From Gammaproteobacteria bacterium (GTDB taxonomy: Bacteria > Pseudomonadota > Gammaproteobacteria > Ga0077536), in assembly GCA_040220855.1 (NCBI GenBank), contig JAVJVZ010000077.1:766-64765 (forward strand): 64,000 nucleotides of DNA, given 5' to 3'. The notes beneath the pieces are model-generated. The model saw only the letters and a list, made by a program, of their open reading frames with translations. It made no database searches and had not been told where the DNA came from. The translations under genes were made by a program, and so were the position numbers. How positions within the stretch are numbered: the stretch's first letter is position 1; each line of letters begins with the position of its first letter. Below are positions 1 to 16,023 of this stretch, piece by piece.

Positions 1-968
1 ATTGCGTCGCAAGCGATGGCGCAGGGCCATGGCGGCCACGCCGCGCAGATGCTGCTCGGCGACAGCATCGTCGCCGTCGAGCGCGGCCAGCGCACGTGCC
101 GCGCGCACCAGGGTCAGTTCGCCGCGCAGGCCATCGGTGCCGAGTGCGAGGCACAGGCTCGCGGCGCGTTCCAGCGCGGCATCGTCCACGGTGACCTCGG
201 CGAGCCGTTGACGCGCGCGCTCGAGGCGTCGCCGCGTGCGCCCCTCCTGGCGCGCATAGCGCGCCACGAAGGCAGCGGGATCGCGATCGAAGGCATCCCT
301 CCGGCGCACCACTTCGACGCGGGTGGCAAGCTCGCGCGGCGCGCTGACCTCGACCGCGAGACCGAAGCGATCGAGCAGCTGCGGCCGCAACTCGCCCTCT
401 TCCGGGTTGCCGCTGCCGACGAGCACGAAGCGCGCCGGGTGGCGCATGCTGAGTCCCTCGCGTTCGACCAGATTCTCACCCGACGCAGCGACGTCGAGCA
501 GCAGGTCGACGAGGTGGTCCTCGAGCAGGTTGACCTCGTCGATGTAGAGGAAGCCGCGATGGGCGCGCGCCAGCAGGCCGGGCTGAAAGACCTTCTCGCC
601 ATGGACCAGCGCGCGCTCGAGATCGAGCGCGCCGACCACGCGATCCTCGGTGGCGCCAAGCGGCAGGTCGACCACCGGTACCGGCACGCGCCGCGTGCGG
701 CGTCCGTCACAGGCGTCGCACAGCCCTGCGCCTTCGCCCGGCGCACAGTGATAGACACAGCCCTCCTGCACCGGCATCTGCGGCAGCAGGGCGGCGAGCG
801 CACGCACCGCGGTCGACTTGCCGGTGCCGCGGTCGCCGAGTACGAGTACGCCGCCGATGCCGGCGTCGACGGCCGCCAGCAGCAGCGCCAGCTTGACCTC
901 GTCCTGGCCGACGATCGCACTGAACGGAAAGACCGGGCGAGTCCCGGCGCCGGTTGCTGTGCTCATCG
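1..968 (-). CDS. bchI: Mg-chelatase ATPase subunit I, partial (C-terminus runs off the window start)
   Basis: Minus-strand translation from ATG at 968..966 (RBS AGGAGG upstream) reads [57 protein letters not shown]...[25 protein letters not shown]...[20 protein letters not shown]...[23 protein letters not shown]. These are the canonical BchI/ChlI AAA+ motifs. It is absent from the ORF track because no stop lies inside the window. Confidence 0.92.
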
Positions 969-1793
969 TGCTCCTCCTTCGAGCTCTTTGGGCGCCACCA
1001 TCGGCGCCGCGCTGCCGACCTCGGTGGAGGTGCGGCGGCGCAGGGCCAGGGCCCAGCGCCACAGCGCGGCGTCCTCGAGCGGGACCACCAGGAACCAGTG
1101 CTCGAGTACACCGAGCGCGCTCAGCGCGGCGAGCAGCGTGCAGGCAACCTGGGCCTGCGAGCCGGGCGCCGCGGCGAACGCGGCCTCGGCCAGCGCCGCG
1201 GTGGCAAGCGTGGCGACGGTAATGGAAAGCGGGAACAACCAGTTCATCGCGCGGCGCGTGATGAAGGTCTTGAGATAGTCGAGCTGCTCCGGCAGGAACT
1301 CCTCGTTCAGGTTGGGCACGCCTAGATAGATGTTGAGCTTCGAACTCCAGCGCATCAGCCACAATACGAGGAAGGTCCAGGCGGCCACGCGGTTCGGCGT
1401 CCCCGCAGTCACCAACAGCAGCACGACGCCGGCGGCGACCACCGCGAGTTCGTGCCACAGGCTGGTGCCGACAGCAAGCAGGAAACGGCGCGCACCGCGC
1501 ACGCCCGGTGGGCACGGGCGTGTCCAGGGACCGGTCACGACGCCCATCAGGTAGGCCATCTCGATCCAGCCCCACACCGCGAGGCCACCGGTGAAGCCGA
1601 TATAGGCGGCAGCCGCATCGTCCCGCGTGCTGGTGCCGAGCACGGCAAGGAAGGCGAGCAGCGTGAGCGCGCCGGCGCCGAGCAGCGACCAGCGGAAGGT
1701 GTGCCGCGGCAGGCTGTCGAGGAACAGGATCAGGCCGGTGCTCAGCCACCAGACGAGCAACACGTAGAGCAGTGGTACGGCGAGGTCGGCCAC
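963..1793 (-). CDS. puhE: PuhE-like photosynthetic complex assembly membrane protein (DUF3623)
   Basis: Sub-ORF of the 963..2219 track. The likely start is GTG at 1793, giving (M)[24 protein letters not shown].... The protein is Trp-rich and multi-TM, about 277 aa, and sits between acsF and bchI as in purple-bacterial photosynthesis gene clusters. The start codon is uncertain. Confidence 0.7.
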   Translation of the reverse strand: MADLAVPLLYVLLVWWLSTGLILFLDSLPRHTFRWSLLGAGALTLLAFLAVLGTSTRDDAAAAYIGFTGGLAVWGWIEMAYLMGVVTGPWTRPCPPGVRGARRFLLAVGTSLWHELAVVAAGVVLLLVTAGTPNRVAAWTFLVLWLMRWSSKLNIYLGVPNLNEEFLPEQLDYLKTFITRRAMNWLFPLSITVATLATAALAEAAFAAAPGSQAQVACTLLAALSALGVLEHWFLVVPLEDAALWRWALALRRRTSTEVGSAAPMVAPKELEGGAR

Positions 1794-1806
1794 GGCTAGA
1801 GCACGC

Positions 1807-2865
1807 TCACCAGGCCGGCGCCATGCGCACGTCGCGCGGCAGTTCGTTGGGTCGCGTCGGCAGGCAGTACAGGCGCGCGAACGTGGCGAATGCGGCCACC
1901 CCACAAGCGGCGCGACGCAATGCGCCGAGCACGCCGCCGCGCTGGCGCGCGTCCTCGTTGGCGCGCGCGATACGGCACAGGCGCTCGAGTCCACGGCGGA
2001 ACACGGGATGGTCGATGTCGAGCACGAGCGGGAAGATCTGGCGCGAAATCTCGTTGGTGACGCTGAACACCTGGTAGTCGTAGGCGGTCGGATCGAGCCC
2101 GAGCGCGGCATGGAAGGCCGGCCGGGAATGGTCGCGCACGTACATCGTGGCGTAGACGGCGAGCAGGAAGAAACGGATCCACAGACGATTGGTGCCACGC
2201 AGGAGCGCGGGATCGGCACGCATGATCAGCGCGAACGCCTCACCATGGCGAAACTCGTCGTTGCACCAGGCCTCGAACCAATCGAAGATCGGATGAAAGC
2301 GCAGTTCGGGATTGCGCTGCACCTGGCGGAAGATCGTGATGTAGCGCGCGTAGCCGATCTTCTCGGACAGGTAGGTCGCGTAGAGGATGAACTTGGGGCG
2401 AAAGAATGTGTACTTCTTGGCCTTGCGCAGAAAGCCGAGGTCGACACCACGCCCGAATTCCTTCAAGGCCTGGTTGATGAAACCCGCGTGACGTGACTCG
2501 TCGCGCGCCATGTAGCCCATCAGCGCACGCACCTCGGGATTGTTCACCTTGCCCTTGATGTCCGCATAGAGCACGCAGCCGGAGAACTCGGACGTCACCG
2601 AGGTGACGAGGAAATCGAGGAACTCCTTCTGCAGTTCTTCGGGCAGGTCCTCCAGGCGCACGCCGAAGGCGGCTTCGCGCTCGAAATGACGGCGGTTGTT
2701 GTCGGCCCGGAACTCGGCCATCAGGGCGTCCCACTCCGCGCGCACGGGCGTGACGTCGAGGGCGTCCATGGCGGCGAAATCGGTGGTGTAGAAGCGCGGC
2801 GAGAGAATCGTCTCGGTGCGCGCGTGGTCGGTGCTGGTCGCAGCCGTGGCAGTGCTTGCGGTCAT
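1807..2865 (-). CDS. acsF: Aerobic Mg-protoporphyrin IX monomethyl ester oxidative cyclase (di-iron)
   Basis: From the ATG at 2865 the protein reads [11 protein letters not shown]...[14 protein letters not shown]...RDESRHAGF...[11 protein letters not shown]. Those are diiron carboxylate motifs. It is 353 aa, and the puhC stop codon abuts this start. Confidence 0.93.
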   Translation of the reverse strand: MTASTATAATSTDHARTETILSPRFYTTDFAAMDALDVTPVRAEWDALMAEFRADNNRRHFEREAAFGVRLEDLPEELQKEFLDFLVTSVTSEFSGCVLYADIKGKVNNPEVRALMGYMARDESRHAGFINQALKEFGRGVDLGFLRKAKKYTFFRPKFILYATYLSEKIGYARYITIFRQVQRNPELRFHPIFDWFEAWCNDEFRHGEAFALIMRADPALLRGTNRLWIRFFLLAVYATMYVRDHSRPAFHAALGLDPTAYDYQVFSVTNEISRQIFPLVLDIDHPVFRRGLERLCRIARANEDARQRGGVLGALRRAACGVAAFATFARLYCLPTRPNELPRDVRMAPAW

Positions 2866-2866
2866 G

Positions 2867-3388
2867 TCATTCTCTCCCCAGGGATTCCATCGTCTGGCCA
2901 GGCGCGACGGCGGCCAGCGCGGCAGGCGTGCCGGGAGCGTCGCGGGTGGCGTCGAAGAGGCGCCGGAAAGCGCCGAAGTTGGTCGGCCCGAAGGCGCCGA
3001 GGTCGGCGCCGCGGCCGGTCGCCGGATCGGTGATGGTGAGGCGGCCGTCGGCCCAGCGCTCGAGCCGGTAAGGCACTTCCTGCGCGACCCCGCGGCGCTT
3101 GCGCTCGCGCGCGAGTCCGCGCAGCACACCGCGGACGAAGCCATCACCGCCCGGCGCGAGGACGTGTGCCGGTTGCGCATCACCGACGAGGAAGACATCG
3201 ATGCCGCCATCGGCGCGATCGGCGAAGCGCAGGTCGCGCAGTTCCACCCGCGCGGTGTCGGCCATGCGGGTCGTGCCGATCCCGGTGGTACGGGCAAGCA
3301 GTGACGCGACCAGCGCGAGCACGACGAGTGCGCCGGCCGCCCACAACACGCTGGCAGGAAAGCCGCCCGAATGGGGTGCGCGACTCAT
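2867..3388 (-). CDS. puhC: PuhC, photosynthetic reaction-centre assembly/turnover factor
   Basis: Internal start [31 protein letters not shown]. It has a single N-terminal TM plus a periplasmic domain and sits between puhB and acsF. It overlaps the puhB stop in an ATGA arrangement. 174 aa. Confidence 0.8.
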   Translation of the reverse strand: MSRAPHSGGFPASVLWAAGALVVLALVASLLARTTGIGTTRMADTARVELRDLRFADRADGGIDVFLVGDAQPAHVLAPGGDGFVRGVLRGLARERKRRGVAQEVPYRLERWADGRLTITDPATGRGADLGAFGPTNFGAFRRLFDATRDAPGTPAALAAVAPGQTMESLGRE

Positions 3389-4023
3389 GCCGCGACCGCT
3401 CTCGCGCCGAGCGTCGCAGCCGCCGCGTCGCTTACCGTCGGCGCCGCGCTGTGCTCGAGCGCGGCGGCGAGCACGCCCGCCACGGTCGCGACATCGGCCA
3501 CGCCGCGCAGTGCCGGGCGCGGGCGCGTGAAATGCCAGCGCGCCACGCACGGCCACATGTGCACGTAACCGACGCGCTCACCGGCCGCAAGGCTGAGCGC
3601 GATATCACCGCAACCCCGCGCGGTGACTCTCACCGCGGCGGCTTCGATGACGTTGAACGGCAGGTTCACGTTCAAGGGCAGCGCCAGTCCGAAGCGCAGC
3701 ACGATACGCCGGTTGGTGATCGTGTAGACCGTGGTCCTGGCATACAGCCGGGCAAACAACGTCACCAGGCCGAGCGCGACCAGGGCCAGCACCACGGTGC
3801 CGGCAACAGCCGCACCGACACTGCCTGCGTCGAGGCCGACCGACCAGGCGTCGAAGGCCTGCCAGGCGATCACCAGCGTGAAGTAGATCGCCAGCGCGCG
3901 ACGGAAGAAGACATCGCGCGCCAGCGCCCGCGCGTCCGGTTCACCCTGCCACAGGATGCGCTCGCCGGCAGGGAGGAACTCGGGCAGACCGTGCACCGGC
4001 TCGAACTCGTGCTCGTCGCTCAC
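3385..4023 (-). CDS. puhB: PuhB, reaction-centre assembly protein (PH-like membrane protein)
   Basis: MSDEHEFEPVHGLPEFLPAGERILWQGEP... followed by two TM segments. It is immediately downstream of puhA with a 4-bp ATGA overlap. 212 aa. Confidence 0.85.
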   Translation of the reverse strand: MSDEHEFEPVHGLPEFLPAGERILWQGEPDARALARDVFFRRALAIYFTLVIAWQAFDAWSVGLDAGSVGAAVAGTVVLALVALGLVTLFARLYARTTVYTITNRRIVLRFGLALPLNVNLPFNVIEAAAVRVTARGCGDIALSLAAGERVGYVHMWPCVARWHFTRPRPALRGVADVATVAGVLAAALEHSAAPTVSDAAAATLGARAVAA

Positions 4024-4832
4024 AGCAGCGGCTCCTGGCGGGCGCGATCGGCGTACAGGAAGCCAGCGCCGAAGTACGCCACGGCCCGCTCCTCCTCGAG
4101 CAGGGTCACCTGGTCGGATTCCCGACGCACCGGGGCGCCGGCGAAGTGCTCACCCTTGACCGCGAGCACCCGTACGCGCCGGCGCGCACCGTCGACCTGG
4201 GCGAAGTTCACCGGCAGCAGGATACTGCGCAGCGGTTGTTCGCCACCGGCTTCGGCCGCGGCGCCGGCGCCGACCTCCGCTGCAACCTCCACTTCGAGGT
4301 AGCGGAACATGACGTCGGCGCGGTCGAGCCACAGGTCGCGGACGACGCCGCCGGCAACGCCGTCGCAGCCGTATACCGTCATGCCGCGCGGGTCGGGATC
4401 GCGCGCCTCGACGCCGAAACCCGGCGCTGCGCGCAGCGGCACGATCTTGGGCGCACCGTCAACCGTGAGATCCGGCACGTCGGCACGCTCGGCCCAGGCG
4501 CCCGGACCGACGCCGGCCTGCATCGGGTCGCCCTCCGGCACGAGCGGTGCACCCGGCCATGGCGCGGCCGGGTGCGCGGCCAGGCTGCGCGTATCACGCG
4601 CGCCGTCCGGCTTGCTCACGACGTGGTCGCCATGCAGGGGCACGAAGGTCTTGGGTCGCGGAACGAACAGGAAGCCCGGGTCCGCACCCGGTCCCTTTTC
4701 GTTCTCCAGCGGATAACCCTCGCGACGATCTTCGCGCCGCAGGTAGACGATGAGACCGAAGAAGAAGGCCCAGAACACGTACAGGACGAGTTGGGCGACA
4801 TCGATGTACTCGGTGATGGCTCCGGTTTCCAT
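4020..4832 (-). CDS. puhA: Photosynthetic reaction centre subunit H
   Basis: METGAITEYIDVAQLVLYVFWAFFFGLIVYLRREDRREGYPLE is the hallmark N-terminus of RC-H. 270 aa. Confidence 0.95.
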   Translation of the reverse strand: METGAITEYIDVAQLVLYVFWAFFFGLIVYLRREDRREGYPLENEKGPGADPGFLFVPRPKTFVPLHGDHVVSKPDGARDTRSLAAHPAAPWPGAPLVPEGDPMQAGVGPGAWAERADVPDLTVDGAPKIVPLRAAPGFGVEARDPDPRGMTVYGCDGVAGGVVRDLWLDRADVMFRYLEVEVAAEVGAGAAAEAGGEQPLRSILLPVNFAQVDGARRRVRVLAVKGEHFAGAPVRRESDQVTLLEEERAVAYFGAGFLYADRARQEPLL

Positions 4833-4858
4833 TTGCAGTTCCTCCGACGGCAGAGCCG

Positions 4859-6286
4859 TTAGCTGGGCAGTTCGGCGAGTCCCAGCCGCCCGGCCGTGGA
4901 GGCCGTGCGCGCGGGGTCGCGCCGTACGAGGGGACCGATCGCGACCAGCGCCGCGAACAGCAGAATGATCTCGAGGTGGAAGACCACCACGTAGCCGGCC
5001 GCGTCACTGCGCATGCCGGCACCGAGCAGGCCGCTCGTACCGAGCGTGCTGACGACATCGCGCAGGACGCCGCCGAGGGCAATGCCGAGGCCCGCCGCAG
5101 TCGCCTGGGCGGCACCCCAGGCGCCGAGCGCAAGGCCGCTGGCGCCGTGCTGATCGCGCGCCATTGCGCTGGTCAGCGTGGCGACGGCGAACAGGCCGGC
5201 GCCGAACCCGATCAGGAAAGCGCCAGCGCCGAGCAGTGGTACGGCATGCAGGGGCGCCGCGAACACCACCGCGAAGAACGCCGCGACGCCGGCCAGGGCG
5301 CCCAGCGCGGCAAGGCGATGGACGTCGGCGCCGACGCCGAGGCGACGCGCGGCGTAGGCGAAGGCGGCCAGCGATCCGCCGGCGAACAGCGCGGTCAGGA
5401 CGGTGGTGCCGCTCACCGAGAGACCGAGCACGGCCGCGCCGTAGGGCTCGAGCAGCACTTCCTGCATGCTGAACGCTGCCGAGCCCAGGGCCACTGCGCA
5501 GAGGAAGCGGCGAAAGCCCGGCGTGCGGCACAGGCCGCGCCATGCTTCGCCGAAAGGTGGCGCCAGCGGCGCCTGCCTGGCGGGGCGACGGGTTTCCTGC
5601 TTCCACAGCGCAATCACGTTGAGCACGATGGTGAGCAGGGCAGCGCCCTGGACGACCTTGACCAGTCGCAGCTGACTGAATTCCTCGAGCAGCACGCTCG
5701 CGGCGAGTGCGCTGGCGACGGTGCCGAGCAGCAGCATGACGTAGAGCAGGGCGACCACGCGCGGGCGCGTGTCGGGGCCGGCGAGATCGCCGGCGAGCGC
5801 GAGCCCGGCAGTCTGCGTCGTATGCAGTCCGACGCCGACGAGGAGAAATGCCAGCGCCGCGCCGGCCTGGCCGATCCAGGCCGGGCCGTGGGTATCGCCT
5901 GACAGCACGATGAGCGCGAACGGCATGATCGCGAAGCCGCCGAACTGCAGCAGCGAGCCGAACCAGATGTAGGGCACGCGGCGCCATCCGAGCGCCGAGC
6001 GGTGGGTATCGGAACGATGCCCGATGAGTGCGCGGAACGGCGCTGCCACGACCGGCAAAGCCAGCATCACCGCGACCAGCGACGCCGGCACGCCGAGCTC
6101 GATGATCATCACGCGGTTGAGCACCCCGCCGAGCAGGACCAGCGCCATGCCGACGCTGACCTGGAACAGGCCTAGCCGCAGCAGGCGAGCCAGCGGCAGG
6201 GTCTCGCTGGCGGCATCGGCGAACGGCAGGTAGCGCGTTGCTACCAACGTCCAGCCACGCGCCAGGCGCTCGTTCAGGCGGCGCAT
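4859..6286 (-). CDS. lhaA: LhaA/PucC-family (BCD) MFS protein, LH1 assembly factor
   Basis: MRRLNERLARGWTLVATRYLPFADAASETLPLARLLRLGLFQVSVGMALVLL.... It is a 12-TM MFS-like protein of 475 aa, positioned between bchM and puhA. Confidence 0.88.
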   Translation of the reverse strand: MRRLNERLARGWTLVATRYLPFADAASETLPLARLLRLGLFQVSVGMALVLLGGVLNRVMIIELGVPASLVAVMLALPVVAAPFRALIGHRSDTHRSALGWRRVPYIWFGSLLQFGGFAIMPFALIVLSGDTHGPAWIGQAGAALAFLLVGVGLHTTQTAGLALAGDLAGPDTRPRVVALLYVMLLLGTVASALAASVLLEEFSQLRLVKVVQGAALLTIVLNVIALWKQETRRPARQAPLAPPFGEAWRGLCRTPGFRRFLCAVALGSAAFSMQEVLLEPYGAAVLGLSVSGTTVLTALFAGGSLAAFAYAARRLGVGADVHRLAALGALAGVAAFFAVVFAAPLHAVPLLGAGAFLIGFGAGLFAVATLTSAMARDQHGASGLALGAWGAAQATAAGLGIALGGVLRDVVSTLGTSGLLGAGMRSDAAGYVVVFHLEIILLFAALVAIGPLVRRDPARTASTAGRLGLAELPS

Positions 6287-6984
6287 CGGCGGACCAGCTC
6301 CTGCGCCTGCGACGTGTAGAAGCCGCTCGCGACGCGCACGCTGCGCGCGGCCTGCCAGGCGCCGAGCGCGGGTTCGTCGGCAAGTGCCCGGGCCAGCGTG
6401 CGCGCGGCGACCGGCTCGATGGCGGGCGCGCGGTCGCCGCGCGGAAACAGGCGACCACCGGCGTGCATCAGCCCGAGCAGGAAGGTGCGGGGCGCGAAGG
6501 TGAAGAGGATCGAGCGGTCGACCACCGCGCCGAGCGCAGCGAGCGCGGCGACGACGTCCTGCGGGCGGTAGTGGATCAGCGAGTCCATCGCCACCGCGTG
6601 ATCGAAGCGGCCGAGATCCTGCGTCGCGAAATCGCCGACGACGAACGAAACCCGCCCGGCGAGCGATGCCGGCAGGCGCTCGCGCGCGGTGGCGACGAGA
6701 TTCGCCGCGACGTCGATGGCAACCACCTCGGCGCCGCGTTGCGCGGCCTCGACGGCAAGCGCGCCGGTCCCGCAGCCGGCATCGAGCAGTCGCACGCCGT
6801 CGAGGTCGCGCGGCAGCCAGTCGAGCAGGGTGCGGCGCATCGCGTCGCGCCCCGCACGCACGGTGGCACGGATACGCGAGACCGGCGCGTCGGACGTGAG
6901 CCGCGCCCAGGCCTCGGCCGCGGTCTCGTCGAAATAGGTCTCGAGCTCGCGGCGGCGGGTGTGCCAGGAAAGCGTGGTCGGCAT
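6274..6984 (-). CDS. bchM: Mg-protoporphyrin IX O-methyltransferase
   Basis: Start MPTTLSWHTRRRELETYFDETAAEAW...GVRLLDAGCGTGALAVEAAQRGAEVVAIDVA, which includes a SAM-binding motif. About 236 aa. It overlaps the lhaA start. Confidence 0.92.
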   Translation of the reverse strand: MPTTLSWHTRRRELETYFDETAAEAWARLTSDAPVSRIRATVRAGRDAMRRTLLDWLPRDLDGVRLLDAGCGTGALAVEAAQRGAEVVAIDVAANLVATARERLPASLAGRVSFVVGDFATQDLGRFDHAVAMDSLIHYRPQDVVAALAALGAVVDRSILFTFAPRTFLLGLMHAGGRLFPRGDRAPAIEPVAARTLARALADEPALGAWQAARSVRVASGFYTSQAQELVRRCAA

Positions 6985-6994
6985 CGCGGCTTCC

Positions 6995-11566
<4,572 letters not shown>

Positions 11567-11592
<26 letters not shown>

Positions 11593-13123
11593 CGTAGAGC
11601 GTCTCCAGGGTGATAGTGCCGACGCCGCGCTCGCGCGCGTAGCGCTCGGTGTTGCGGCGCGCCTTGCCGCGCACGAAGAACGGCACCTTGCGCAGTTCAC
11701 GCTCGGCATCCGCGGTCCAGTCGAGCGCACAGGGTTCGCTGCCGGCGGTATCGGGCGCGTCGGCTGGCGGCACCGCGTGGGCCGCACCGAGATGCGAGGG
11801 CGCATGGTCCGAGAACTCGAAGTCGTCGCGGAACATCGCGAGCAGGTGCTCCTCGAGCCCCATCATCAGGGGATGCACCCAGCTGTCGAAGATCACGTTG
11901 GCGCCTTCGTAGCCCATCTGCGGCGAGTAACGCGCCGGGAAATCCTGCACGTGCACCGGCGCCGAGATGACCGCGCAGGGTATGCCGAGCCGTTTGGCCA
12001 CGTGGCGTTCCATCTGCGTACCGAGCACGAGCTCGGGCCGCAGCGCGACGACCGCCGCCTCGACCTCGAGATAGTCGTCGGTGATCAGCGCCTCGAGCCC
12101 GTACTCGCGGGCGGCGGCGCGCGCTTCGCGCGCGAACTCGCGGGCGTACGTACCGAGACCGACGACGTCGAAGCCGAGTTCGTCGCGCGCGATGCGCGCC
12201 GCGGCGATGGCGTGGCTGGCGTCACCGAACACGAACACGCGCTTACCGGTGAGGTAGGTCGAATCGACCGAGCGCGAGTACCACGGCAGGCGCGCGGTCG
12301 CCTGCTCGAGCGCCGGCGCGGCATCGACGCCGGCCAGGGACGCCACTTCGCGCACGAAGTCGGCCGTCGCGCCCATACCGATCGGGACCGTGCGCGTGAA
12401 CGGCTGGCCGAAACTGCGCTCGAGCCAGACGCAGGTCGTGTAGGCGACTTCGGGGTACAGGCAGCAGTTGAAGTCGGCCTGCGGCAGCCGCTCGAGGTCG
12501 GCGACCGACGCCCCTTCCGGCGCCACCACGTTGACTTCCACGCCGAGCGCGTCGAGCAGGCGGCGCACCTCGACAACATCGTCGCGACAGCGGAAGCCGA
12601 GCGCGCTGGGGCCGAGCAGGTTGGCGCGCGGCGCTGTGCCGGCGGCGCGTTCGGGGCGCGCAGTGCCGGGCGCGAGGCGCTGTGGTGCAAGCAGGGTGCG
12701 CAGCAACTGGTAGAACGTCTCGGCGGCGCCCCAGTTCTCCTTGCGCGAGTAGGCCGGCAGCTCGAGCGGGACGATGGGCACGCCGAGATCGAGCCCGCCG
12801 GCGAGCGCCCCGGGCTGATCCTGGATGAGCTCCGCCGTACACGATTCGCCGACCAGCAGGGCACGCGGCGCAAAGCGCGCGCAGGTCTCGCGCAGGGTCT
12901 CGATGACGAGCGCGGCGGTATCGCCGCCAAGATCGCGCGCCTGGAACGTCGTGTAGGTGACCGGCGGGCGGCGGTCGCGACGCTCGATCATGGTGAACAG
13001 GAGGTTGGCGTAGGTATCGCCCTGCGGCGCATGCAGTACGTAATGCACGTCACGCAGCGACGCGGCGATGCGCAAGGCGCCGACGTGGGGCGGCCCTTCG
13101 TAGGTCCATACGGCGAGCTCCAT
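11567..13123 (-). CDS. bchB: Light-independent protochlorophyllide reductase subunit B
   Basis: [50 protein letters not shown]...; 518 aa. Confidence 0.95.
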
Positions 13124-13126
13124 GGC

Positions 13127-14959
<1,833 letters not shown>

Positions 14960-14971
14960 TTAACTCTAGGC

Positions 14972-15048
14972 TTGACACTCGCAAGTGTCAATGAAAATTG
15001 ACGTCCAAAAACCTTGACATTCGTTGTCAAGGCGACCAATGCTTGACC
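14972..15048. promoter_or_regulatory. bchF/ppaA divergent promoter region with clustered TTGACA/TGTCAA hexamers and two overlapping near-consensus PpsR sites (TGT-N12-ACG at 14986..15003; CGT-N12-ACA at 15002..15019)
   Basis: This is read directly from the sequence. It contains TTGACActcgcaagTGTCAA, then TGTcaatgaaaattgACGTccaaaaaccttgACA, then TTGACAttcgtTGTCAA, and a further TTGACC. Confidence 0.55.
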
Positions 15049-15158
15049 GACAAGGAACGACGACGCATCAGCCGGGAGACAGCAGGCGGCCGGGAGGTCT
15101 GCCGCGACGTTCCATCTGGCGCGCCACCGGCCCGCACGACAAGGGGAGGGCAGCAGCA

Positions 15159-16013
15159 ATGGTGGGACGTATCGACGGCGCCGGGGGCGTCATCGGCAAG
15201 AGCGACCGCGGATTTCCGCGCGAGCACGAGGTGGACAAGCAGCCGGTGCGCGACCTCGCGCGGCTGATCGAGACCGAGGTCATCCCGCGCATGATGTTCG
15301 CGCACGGCAGCGCGTCACCGGGCGCAAGGCCGGTCGACGCGGTCCCGGGCGAGCGCGACGTGGCGCGCTTGCTCGGCCACATCCTGCGCGACAGTGACGA
15401 AGCGGTGTTCGACTGTGTCGACGCGCTGATCGCGCGGCGGGTACCGCTGGAACGCATCTTCCTCGGCCTGCTCGGTCCGGTCGCGCGCCGTCTCGGCGAG
15501 ATGTGGGAAGCCGACACCTGCAGCTTCACCGAGGTCACCCTCGGCCTGATGCGCCTGCAACAGGTGCTGCGACGCTATGCGCCGCGCTTCAATGGCGGAC
15601 AGGACGGCGCCGACGGCACGCGCCGGCTGCTGCTCAACCCGCTACCCGGGGAACAGCACAACTTCGGCATCTTCATGGTTGCCGAGTTCTTCCGCCGCGC
15701 CGGCTGGGTGGTCGACGAGACGCCGTGCGACTGCAGCCGCGACATCACCACCACGGTTGCCGAGGAGTGGTACGCGGTGGTCGGCCTGTCGCTGAGCGCG
15801 GAAAGCCGTCTCAACGAGCTGGCCAACCTGATCCTCGAGCTGCGCGAGCGCTCGGCGAACCCGGATCTCGGCATCATGGTCGGCGGCTGGCTGTTCAGCG
15901 CACGCCCCGAACTGGTCGAGTTCGTCGGCGCCGATATCGGGGGCAGGGACGCCGCGCGCGCCGTCGACGAGGCAGACTACCTGCTCGGACAGATGCGCGC
16001 GATGCGACCCTAG
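15159..16013 (+). CDS. ppaA: PpaA/AerR-like cobalamin-binding photosynthesis regulator
   Basis: RBS AAGGGGAGGG lies 8 nt before the ATG at 15159. The start reads MVGRIDGAGG..., and a B12-binding-domain-like region follows (...VVGLSLSAESRLNELANLILELRERSANPDLGIMVGG...). It is divergent from bchF and directly upstream of ppsR. Confidence 0.78.
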   Translation: MVGRIDGAGGVIGKSDRGFPREHEVDKQPVRDLARLIETEVIPRMMFAHGSASPGARPVDAVPGERDVARLLGHILRDSDEAVFDCVDALIARRVPLERIFLGLLGPVARRLGEMWEADTCSFTEVTLGLMRLQQVLRRYAPRFNGGQDGADGTRRLLLNPLPGEQHNFGIFMVAEFFRRAGWVVDETPCDCSRDITTTVAEEWYAVVGLSLSAESRLNELANLILELRERSANPDLGIMVGGWLFSARPELVEFVGADIGGRDAARAVDEADYLLGQMRAMRP

Positions 16014-16023
16014 GCCACGGGCC

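Noticed and set aside
16-1278. 420-aa plus-strand ORF across the start of the window
   Set aside because: It is antisense to bchI, whose minus-strand translation gives unmistakable Mg-chelatase I motifs. It is a typical high-GC antisense open frame.
3166-4302. 378-aa plus-strand ORF over puhC/puhB/puhA
   Set aside because: It is antisense to well-supported puh genes and its product is Arg-rich junk.
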